A DNA stretch of 64,000 nt from Bdellovibrionota bacterium. GTDB taxonomy: Bacteria; Bdellovibrionota_C; UBA2361; JBGSMV01. The translations under genes and the position numbers were made by a program. The stretch spans positions 32,001-96,000 of the forward strand of contig JBGSMV010000026.1 of NCBI GenBank assembly GCA_041739995.1, in the 5' to 3' direction. Below, in pieces: positions 29,190 to 36,745 of this stretch (position 1 is the stretch's first letter; the number at the start of each line of letters is the position of its first letter). A model generated the notes under the pieces. That model made no database searches, was not told the DNA's origin, and saw only the letters and a program-made list of their open reading frames with translations.

Positions 29190-29340
29190 AAATCACCACA
29201 GGTGATTTGTAACAAGCAGGTTACCTACTGCCAGGATGCTCGAAGTCTCGCATCCTGACTGATGTTAGGGCTCGAACTTCTCGAGGCTGTCGCCTCGAGG
29301 TACTCGCCCTCCTGCTGATTACGAATCAGCTGCCGAGCTC
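29190..29340 (-). other. tRNA-Thr-derived element (sense anticodon-arm copy + GA hairpins + antisense fragment)
   Basis: 29311-29333 copies the anticodon arm (anticodon CGT) through position 46; 29203-29225 is an imperfect inverted copy of positions 29-51. Confidence 0.8.
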
Positions 29341-29443
29341 ATGGTCTAGGCAAAAAACACATCCCAAACAGGGTATAATTTCAGCATGTTAGAGATGCTC
29401 AAGCAACTCACGCCGACATTATTCTGACAAATTTCCAAAAATC

Positions 29444-29827
29444 TCAACGTTCTGAGGAAGCTCTGATTCCCCCGCGCTCGTAATCAACGCAAGCGCCAAG
29501 AACCTCAAGGAGGTCAGAGCCGATAATCGCGTTAAACCCAAACCTATTAGCAAAATCCCCTAACTCGACTTCAAAATCTGAAACCGCTTTGTGGGCGAAC
29601 TGAATACTGTTTACCTTCTGAATGACGACATCCTGACTCCCACCAATGCCCGCAAGCTCAACGATACGGGAAGCCCGAGACGGATCCAAGGAGAGTAGTT
29701 TAATGTCCAGCGCGGTGCCTGCCGAACCAGTATCAACGAGCGCTTTGGCCTGAACTTTCACCGAACCACTATATTCAACGACAATCGGTAAAATTTTCAG
29801 ACCACCATCAAGTTTAAAGTACATCAC
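29444..29827 (-). CDS. Retropepsin-like (clan AA) aspartic protease
   Basis: ALVDTGSAGT catalytic motif and AIIGSDLL; 127 aa. Confidence 0.85.
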   Translation of the reverse strand: MMYFKLDGGLKILPIVVEYSGSVKVQAKALVDTGSAGTALDIKLLSLDPSRASRIVELAGIGGSQDVVIQKVNSIQFAHKAVSDFEVELGDFANRFGFNAIIGSDLLEVLGACVDYERGGIRASSER

Positions 29828-30054
29828 CCAAACACTCTCATACTTGGGCGCCTCTCAATTACGAAGCGATCTTGATAATCAGGAGTACAAATTACCGCTC
29901 GCTGACCTTTCTTCTGGAGATCGCGATACGCATCATACGTCGTTCCCTCAAAAAACTCGATCCCTAAGAGGTCACCGCCCTGTTGAGTGGCTTCGAGTAG
30001 CGATATCGAATTAGGGAGGCGCCGGGATCCAGGGTCAGCCTTGCCGGAGGTCAA
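29824..30054 (-). CDS. Small hypothetical protein translationally coupled to the aspartic protease (possibly 5'-truncated)
   Basis: 4-nt overlap with the protease ORF; C-terminal AYRDLQKKGQRAVIC...FVIERRPSMRV; weak start. Confidence 0.4.
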   Translation of the reverse strand: MTSGKADPGSRRLPNSISLLEATQQGGDLLGIEFFEGTTYDAYRDLQKKGQRAVICTPDYQDRFVIERRPSMRVFG

Positions 30055-30172
30055 GAGCCAAGGTGGAAGAATATGGACATTCTGGTCCTAGGAGCCCCGT
30101 CGCTTCGAAGTTTAGCGCTCTTGGGCTGATATCGGTGTCGAACCCCCTTTGAGCTTTGTCCGAGACGATCGG

Positions 30173-30209
30173 TTTACAATGTGTGGCCGATTGGGAATAA
30201 TCCAGCGCC
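30173..30209 (+). promoter_or_regulatory. Candidate sigma70 stable-RNA promoter for the Thr-Gly-Tyr tRNAs
   Basis: TTTACA-17bp-AATAAT followed by GC-rich discriminator CCAGCGCC just upstream of tRNA-Thr(GGT). Confidence 0.4.
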
Positions 30210-30218
30210 TTAGCGGTT

Positions 30219-30294
<76 letters not shown>

Positions 30295-30472
30295 TTTGTT
30301 GATTTATTTAACAAATAGCAGACGCCTAGCAACGTGTGTAAAAACTCGGGGCTGGATTTTGTTGGGTTGGAGCGTACAGTAGCTCGGTTTTTTGAATGGA
30401 GACCCCCACGGGGGACGTTTCGTTGATTGGTCTTAAGCCCCATGGGGCGTTTAAGAAAAATGAGCGAGATGG

Positions 30473-30548
30473 GCGGCAGTAGCTCAGATGGTAGAGCATC
30501 AGCCTTCCAAGCTGAGGGTCGCGAGTTCGAATCTCGTCTGCCGCTCCA
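30473..30548 (+). tRNA. tRNA-Gly (TCC)
   Basis: GCGGCAG TA GCTC AGATGGTA GAGC A TCAGC CT TCC AA GCTGA GGGTC GCGAG TTCGAAT CTCGT CTGCCGC T CCA. Confidence 0.97.
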
Positions 30549-30616
30549 TTTCTAACTCGTCATCGATGTGTTCGGGCTTTTTAGCAAGACTGCCTCGATA
30601 GACGTGTATTCCATAC

Positions 30617-30699
30617 GGTGAGGTGCCCGAGTGGCTAAAGGGGGCAGACTGTAAATCTGCTGGCTTACGCCTACGTGGGTTCGAAACCCACCCTCACCA
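30617..30699 (+). tRNA. tRNA-Tyr (GTA)
   Basis: GGTGAGG...GCAGA CT GTA AA TCTGC, long variable arm, GTGGG TTCGAAA CCCAC CCTCACC A. Confidence 0.97.
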
Positions 30700-30916
30700 A
30701 ATTTCGACCGGCCTAGTTGGCCGCTCGCGCACTGGCTGCTTTTACAATTCTAAAGAATTGCAGGCCTGAAGAAGCAGAAGTGCATGGTACGTCGCCACTC
30801 ACGCGTGCCAGTGCCTCACCTATGGCGCTATATCATCTTTCTTAGCGAAAGCTTTCGCGAGTCTTGAGATCGAAACGACGTTGCTGGAGTGCAGCACTCA
30901 CGTGAGCCCGTTTTCT

Positions 30917-32113
30917 ATGGATAAAGCCACTTTCGCAGCATCAGGACGGACTCCTCGCATCATTCTAAAGCGTGGGCGAGAACGCGCGGTGCTCAATCAA
31001 CATCCTTGGGTTTTTTCTGGTGCTATTGCTGAGCACAAACAGGCGCAAGACGGTGATCTTGTATTTGTGTGCGCCCATGATGGCAGCATTGTCGGGAGCG
31101 GCTACTTTAATTCGCGCTGCTCGCTTGCTCTTAGAATGCTGAGCTGCGGAACGACTGAGCCTTTGGAAGTTCTTTCTCAGAACGTCAGTAATGCGATTTC
31201 AGCGCGTGCCGCAATGGTTCCTGCTGAGACCGATGCGTACCGAGTCATCAATGCCGAAGGCGATAAGCTTCCGGGCTTGATAGTGGATCGCTACGGCGAT
31301 GTGCTTGTTCTGCAGGTCGGAAGCCTCGGCATCGAGAAGCTGAAGGATCGCATTGTTTCTCAGTTAGTGGAGAGTTTTTCGCCACGCAGCGTGTGTGAAA
31401 GATCGAATTCGAATTCTCGTACTCTTGAGGGTTTGTCGCCCGCTGAAGGGGTGCTGTTTGGCGAAGATCCTGGAGTGATTGACGTGCGAGAGCACGGATT
31501 GCTCTTCCGTGTGGATGTTCGTGAGGGACAGAAAACAGGATTTTTCCTCGATCAACGAGAAATGCGGGCGCGCGTCGGAAGCATGTCGCAAGGAAAGAGC
31601 GTCTTGAATTGCTTTGGGTACACCGGTGGCTTTTCGGTCTATGCCGCCAAGGGTGGGGCAACCTGCGTGTCGACGGTGGATATTTCAGAGGGTGCGATTG
31701 AGGGGGCGCGAGAGAACTTTCTTCTGAATGGCCTCAAGCTCGAAGCGCACAAGTTTCATGTGGCGGATGTGTTTTCATTTCTGCGTGATGACACGGCGCA
31801 GTATGACTTGGTGATTCTTGATCCTCCGGCATTTGCGAAAAAACAGAACCAGGTTTCACAGGCGGCGCGAGGTTATGGAGATCTTAATAGGCTTGGATTC
31901 TCCAGAGTTGCTCCAGGCGGCGTGCTGGTGACCTGTTCCTGCTCGCATTTTGTTGACGAGAAGCTTTTTCGTCAGGTGGTTTTTCAGTCCGGCGCCCACA
32001 GTGGACGTAGTGTGCAAATCATAGGCGCGCACCAACTTGCGACAGACCACCCGGTAAGCTTGTTTCACCCCGAGGGCAGTTACCTGAAGAGCTTGATCTT
32101 GAGAGTGGCCTGA
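30917..32113 (+). CDS. rlmI: 23S rRNA m5C1962 methyltransferase RlmI-like (PUA + class I SAM)
   Basis: HPWVFSG, AEGDKLPGLIVDRY, GQKTGFFLDQRE, VLNCFGYTGGFS, DLVILDPPAF, TCSCS, DHP...EGSYLK. Confidence 0.85.
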   Translation: MDKATFAASGRTPRIILKRGRERAVLNQHPWVFSGAIAEHKQAQDGDLVFVCAHDGSIVGSGYFNSRCSLALRMLSCGTTEPLEVLSQNVSNAISARAAMVPAETDAYRVINAEGDKLPGLIVDRYGDVLVLQVGSLGIEKLKDRIVSQLVESFSPRSVCERSNSNSRTLEGLSPAEGVLFGEDPGVIDVREHGLLFRVDVREGQKTGFFLDQREMRARVGSMSQGKSVLNCFGYTGGFSVYAAKGGATCVSTVDISEGAIEGARENFLLNGLKLEAHKFHVADVFSFLRDDTAQYDLVILDPPAFAKKQNQVSQAARGYGDLNRLGFSRVAPGGVLVTCSCSHFVDEKLFRQVVFQSGAHSGRSVQIIGAHQLATDHPVSLFHPEGSYLKSLILRVA

Positions 32114-32188
32114 AGCGTGATCGGCCTGGTATTAGGGGGCTCCATGACCAAATTTCGACGCTAAGCACTGGAAATTATAAGGAGAGAT

Positions 32189-32217
32189 TTGATCTTGCCC
32201 CTTGCATCTGTTACTTT
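32189..32217 (+). promoter_or_regulatory. Candidate sigma70 promoter upstream of secE-nusG
   Basis: TTGATC-17bp-TACTTT with extended -10 TG. Confidence 0.5.
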
Positions 32218-32251
32218 TCCTGGCCGGTCCGCCGGGAGGTTGCCTCATAGA

Positions 32252-32316
32252 AAAATCCACGGTGAAATTCCACGGTGAAATTCCACGGTGAAAATTCTCG
32301 GTGAAGAGCCACGGAG
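32252..32316. repeat. 13-bp tandem repeat x5 (aaattccacggtg), degenerate at the ends
   Basis: aaaatccacggtg aaattccacggtg aaattccacggtg aaaattctcggtg aagagccacggag. Confidence 0.9.
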
Positions 32317-32397
32317 ATTTTTTAAGAGGCGAGTTTGAGTGAACTTCTAACCACCAGAAGAGCTAGGTAGTTCTAAGCTCGGCTTGATGGAATTTCG

Positions 32398-32622
32398 ATG
32401 CGTGCCCTCATGAGTGATACAACAGAATCAAAAGGGTCTTTTTTCGCCCAGGCGAATCAGTACGTTTCTGACAGCTTCGACGAGCTGAAGAAGATCCATA
32501 CTCCAACAAAGCAGGAAACGATCCAGGCCACGGTGGTGACCGGAATAATCGTCGTGTTCATCTCCTGCGTTGTAGCGCTTATGGACATGGTGTTTGTCTG
32601 GATTACCCAGATGGTGATATAG
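32398..32622 (+). CDS. secE: Preprotein translocase subunit SecE
   Basis: ELKKIHTPTKQET followed by a single TM; directly upstream of nusG. Confidence 0.9.
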   Translation: MRALMSDTTESKGSFFAQANQYVSDSFDELKKIHTPTKQETIQATVVTGIIVVFISCVVALMDMVFVWITQMVI

Positions 32623-32787
32623 GGCGCACTTCTTAGTCGTTTGTGTGTTCTTTGTAGTTTGTTAAATCTGCCCCCAGAAAGCGCTTCTGACTGGGACGCG
32701 AAATCGAAGGCAACCTGAGACATCGAGTGGATGCTCTGAAAGCTTTCGTGAAAATATCAAGTTAATTCAGCTATTTGAGTCGGCGTT

Positions 32788-33333
32788 ATGGTTCGAGAAG
32801 ACGGAGAGATGCGGTGGTACGTGGTTCATGCGTACTCAGGCTTCGAGGGGAAGGCGAAACAGGCGCTTGAAGAGCGTATTCGTGCCCACAAAATGGAAGA
32901 TCGTTTTGGCGAGGTGCATGTGCCTCAGGAGACGGTTGTAGAGCTGATACGGGGTCAAAAGAAGACTTCAAACAGAAAGTTCTTCCCAGGATACATTCTT
33001 GTTCAGATGAAAATGAACCAGGACACCTGGCATCTTGTGATGGAAACCCCGAAAATCACAGGGTTTGTTGGGGATCAGGCAGATCCTAGCCCAATGGATG
33101 CCGAGGAAGTTTCGAGAATCATGGACCAAGTGAAGGAAGGGGCCGCTTCACCGAAGTCGAAGATGAGCTTCGACCAAGGAGAGACCATTAAGGTCATAGA
33201 CGGACCTTTCACTGACTTCATGGGGACGATTGAGGAAGTTAAGCCGGAAAAGGGCAAGGTCAAAGTATTGATCAGTATTTTCGGTCGTGCTACTCCCGTC
33301 GAGCTCGATTTCATCCAAGTTGAAAAAGCTTAA
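32788..33333 (+). CDS. nusG: Transcription termination/antitermination factor NusG
   Basis: WYVVHAYSGFE, FFPGYILV, KOW DGPF, IFGRATPVELDF. Confidence 0.98.
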   Translation: MVREDGEMRWYVVHAYSGFEGKAKQALEERIRAHKMEDRFGEVHVPQETVVELIRGQKKTSNRKFFPGYILVQMKMNQDTWHLVMETPKITGFVGDQADPSPMDAEEVSRIMDQVKEGAASPKSKMSFDQGETIKVIDGPFTDFMGTIEEVKPEKGKVKVLISIFGRATPVELDFIQVEKA

Positions 33334-33598
33334 AGCGCGCTTAATTAGTCGAGAGAGGCCTTAGGCGGGGCTCTTTTTGGGGCTCGCGCTTGAGTTGTCG
33401 CTTACGGGCGGGTACGCTAGGTGGCCTCTATTGGCGGGTGGCCCCTAATTGGTAACTTTTATTGTGTGCGGTTAGCCTGTTTGGCGATTTGTCTCCCATC
33501 TTGCTGCTCGGACGAATTTTTGTCGAGTGGTTTTTGAATGGTATCGATTCGCTCAAGCAGTTAATGCATGAGACTCATTTTTGTGAACCGGTCTTGAT

Positions 33599-34024
33599 AT
33601 GGCTAAGGAAGTAACCGCAATCGTTAAGCTACAAATCCCTGGTGGGCAAGCGAACCCTGCGCCACCAATTGGTCCTGTGCTCGGACAGCACGGCGTCAAC
33701 ATCATGGATTTTTGTAAGCAGTTCAACGCCAAGACTCAGAAGGTGCAGGGCGAAGTCACCCCAGTGGTATTGACGATCTACAAAGATCGCTCCTTTACCT
33801 TTGAGCTGAAGACACCTCCAGTGGCGTATCTGATTAAGAAAGCAGTTGGGATTGAGAAGGGCTCGGGCGTGCCGAACAAGGACAAGGTTGGCAAGCTTAG
33901 AAAAGAGCAGGCCTACGCCATCGCCAAGCAAAAACTTCAGGACATGAACTCAGACGACATCGAGTCGGCGTTTAGACAAGTGGTCGGAGCGGCACGCAGT
34001 ATGGGCGTGGAGATGGCCGACTAG
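33599..34024 (+). CDS. rplK: 50S ribosomal protein L11
   Basis: [34 protein letters not shown]. Confidence 0.98.
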   Translation: MAKEVTAIVKLQIPGGQANPAPPIGPVLGQHGVNIMDFCKQFNAKTQKVQGEVTPVVLTIYKDRSFTFELKTPPVAYLIKKAVGIEKGSGVPNKDKVGKLRKEQAYAIAKQKLQDMNSDDIESAFRQVVGAARSMGVEMAD

Positions 34025-34085
34025 AGCGCCGGAGAGTCTGGTGCGAGATGAAAAATTCTAATTAGAGACGTAGAGCGAGCGGGAT

Positions 34086-34781
34086 ATGGCAAAGGAAGGA
34101 AAGCGAATTCGTAAGTTGCGCGGCAAGGTCGATGCCGAGAAGCAGTATGCTCTCGCCGAGGCTTGTTCTGTAGTGGTGGACATGAAGTCCGCAAAGTTTG
34201 ACGAGACCGTCGAGCTTGTAATTTCGCTGGGCGTTGACCCGCGTAAGGCCGATCAAAACGTTCGTGGGAGCGTGCCACTACCTCATGGTCTTGGAAAGAC
34301 CGTGAGAGTGCTTGTGTTTGCTAAGGGCGAGAAAGTGCAAGAGGCGCGCGATGCTGGTGCTGACTTGGTCGGTGGCGAAGACATCGTCGAGAAGATCAAG
34401 GGCGGCTTCATGGATTTTGATAGCGTCGTTGCTACTCCTGACATGATGGCGCAGGTGGGAAAGGTCGGAAAGATTCTTGGCCCCCGTGGTTTGATGCCTT
34501 CTCCAAAAGTCGGAACGGTGACGTTTGACGTTGGACAGACGGTAAAGTCAATCAAGTCGGGAAGAAGTGATTTCCGAGTAGATAAGGCCGGCATTGTCCA
34601 TGCCGCGATCGGTAAGGCATCTTTTGGTGCCGAGAAAATTTCAGACAATGCAAATGCAATGATCGGAGCGCTCGTAAAGGCGAAGCCTCAGACCAGCAAG
34701 GGCATATATTTGAAGAGCGGAGCGATGTCCTTGACCATGAGTCCAGGGGTTCACCTCGACATTGCACCATTTCGTGCTTAA
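34086..34781 (+). CDS. rplA: 50S ribosomal protein L1
   Basis: [37 protein letters not shown]. Confidence 0.98.
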   Translation: MAKEGKRIRKLRGKVDAEKQYALAEACSVVVDMKSAKFDETVELVISLGVDPRKADQNVRGSVPLPHGLGKTVRVLVFAKGEKVQEARDAGADLVGGEDIVEKIKGGFMDFDSVVATPDMMAQVGKVGKILGPRGLMPSPKVGTVTFDVGQTVKSIKSGRSDFRVDKAGIVHAAIGKASFGAEKISDNANAMIGALVKAKPQTSKGIYLKSGAMSLTMSPGVHLDIAPFRA

Positions 34782-34838
34782 CGGGGAGTTCGTGCTTAAC
34801 GGGGAGTTCGTGCGCAACGGGGAGTTCGTGCGCAACGG
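34771..34838. repeat. 18-bp tandem repeat (~3.8 copies) spanning the rplA stop codon
   Basis: ttcgtgcttaacggggag x2, ttcgtgcgcaacggggag, ttcgtgcgcaacgg. Confidence 0.95.
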
Positions 34839-34944
34839 CAGCGGCACTCATTGCAGGCGAGTACATCGGGCAGTTCGGTGAATTTAATTAAGGAAGGGAT
34901 AGCTTTTTAGTTGAGGCATCCCTTTAAGAGAATCTGAGGAAGGT

Positions 34945-35505
34945 ATGGAGCGCAGCGAAAAAGAATCTGAAGTACAATTTATCTCTGCAGCGCTCGCGAA
35001 AGCCCAAGTTGCATTGTGTGCTGACTATCGCGGACTAACCGTTGCGGAAATTACAAAGCTTCGCAAGAAGTTGCGCGAGAATGGTGCAAGCGCTCGGGTA
35101 GTGAAGAACACGCTGATTTCGATATCAGCGAAGCAAACATTTAGCTCTGCTTCGCAAGCTGAATTGGATAAGTTTCTCTCGATCTTCAAGGGCCCGACAC
35201 TGTTGATAGCGTCTGATTCGGATCCTGTAGCGCCTGCAAAGGTGCTTGCAGACTTCCTTAAAGAGACCAAGGACAAGTTCTCGATTAAGGGTGGCTGGAT
35301 CGACGGTGCTTGTCTTGATGCCGGCGGAGTGAATGCGCTTGCGAAGATGCCAGGGAAGAAAGAGACCCTCGCGCAGTTGTTGAATTTGATTATGGCGCCC
35401 GCTACTCAGTTTGTTCGGTTGCTTCAGGCTCCGGGCCAACAAGTGGTTCAGGTATTGGGAGCACATCAGAGAAAAATGGAAGAGGGTGCCGGTACAGGGC
35501 AGTAG
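34945..35505 (+). CDS. rplJ: 50S ribosomal protein L10
   Basis: DYRGLTV, VVKNTL, GPT, LAKMP. Confidence 0.95.
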   Translation: MERSEKESEVQFISAALAKAQVALCADYRGLTVAEITKLRKKLRENGASARVVKNTLISISAKQTFSSASQAELDKFLSIFKGPTLLIASDSDPVAPAKVLADFLKETKDKFSIKGGWIDGACLDAGGVNALAKMPGKKETLAQLLNLIMAPATQFVRLLQAPGQQVVQVLGAHQRKMEEGAGTGQ

Positions 35506-35579
35506 TTCTGACAGTAAAATTGAAAATTGTCTGATTTTTAAATTTGATTTTGAAAATAGATTTTGAAAAGGGAGTGAGT

Positions 35580-35960
35580 ATGAGTGAAGTAACGATAGAC
35601 CAGGTAGAGAGCTTCATCGTCAACATGTCGTTGATGGATGCTGCAAGTTTGGTTAAGCGGCTTGAAGAGAAGCTCGGTGTATCAGCAGCAGCCCCGGTTG
35701 CGATGATGGCAGCGGGTGCAATGCCTGGCGCAGCAGCGGTTGAAGAGAAGACGGAGTTCACACTCAGTCTCGATAACGCCGGCGCCGATCGAGTCAAGGT
35801 CATTAAGGTAGTGCGTGAGCTTACCGGCCTTGGTTTGAAAGAAGCCAAAGACCTCGTTGACGCGGCTCCAAAGGTCGTTAAAGAGGGCGTAGCTAAGGCA
35901 GAAGCTGAAGAGATGAAGAAGAAACTTGAAGAAGTTGGCGCTAAGGCGTCTCTCAAGTAG
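35580..35960 (+). CDS. rplL: 50S ribosomal protein L7/L12
   Basis: [35 protein letters not shown]; start at ATG 35580 after GGAG. Confidence 0.97.
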   Translation: MSEVTIDQVESFIVNMSLMDAASLVKRLEEKLGVSAAAPVAMMAAGAMPGAAAVEEKTEFTLSLDNAGADRVKVIKVVRELTGLGLKEAKDLVDAAPKVVKEGVAKAEAEEMKKKLEEVGAKASLK

Positions 35961-36395
35961 AACTTCTTTGGGATGCCCAGTTTTTTTGTAACTGGGCTAT
36001 CTCGCCTTCATTTCGAGTAGAGGGTGGTTTAAGCGGTATCTAGAGAGCCCATTTATGCCCTCTAAGCCCTTAACCACCTAATTTTACTTGATTTGTTTGG
36101 CAAGTCTCTGAGTCGTCTTTCTACCGCAGTCACCACATTATTGTGCGGACAAGAAGTTGAATTCACTTGGTGCTGCTATTGCAGCCAGGGTGAATTCACT
36201 CCTATAAACTAGGTGTTAAATTAAACATCTCGTGCGGATTGAAGGCGATGGACCCGAAAGGGGCCCTTTTGTTTGCTTCGCGTTGATTTTTAACTTGAAG
36301 CTCAAGAGTCATTGATCATCTCGACAGAATTTTCTCGACAGTGTCGTACTGCTGATTTTTTGTCGGTAGCGAGTGTGTTGCGAAGTTCTGACAAT

Positions 36396-36426
36396 CTCAT
36401 CACTTAGCTGGCTCATCACTTAGCTG
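36396..36426. repeat. 16-bp period duplication in the rpoB leader
   Basis: ctcatcacttagctg g ctcatcacttagctg; the second copy pairs with downstream agtgatggg. Confidence 0.85.
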
Positions 36427-36745
36427 AGTGATGGGTTGAGGCGAGTGACGAGTGGTTTGAAGCGGGTCGTTTCTCGAGTGAGAGGTGGTTGCTGTATTCC
36501 GGGAGTGTTTCGCACTATTTTTGGAGCGTTTCACTTTGGAATATTTCTCGACACCGATCATGACGAAGACACGCCCGGGTGTGTGTATCACCGCTGTTAA
36601 TTTTGCAGCGCGGTTCTCTTCCCTTTCTTCTTGTTGGTCCTTTCTTGGGCCTTGGAAGTGGGATGATGAGAGTGGCGCAGACGTTGCAAAGTAAAGTGCG
36701 GTTGATGCGCTACTTTTGAACGAAAAAATAGTTTGGCGAAAATCT

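Noticed and set aside
28967..29340. tRNA fragments as attL/attR scars of an integrative element
   Set aside because: att duplications are normally the tRNA 3' end placed downstream; these are 5'/anticodon copies upstream plus inverted pieces, and no integrase is present
32252..34838. Short repeats at 32252 and 34771 as possible CRISPR arrays
   Set aside because: Units are contiguous with no spacers, are too short, and there are no cas genes
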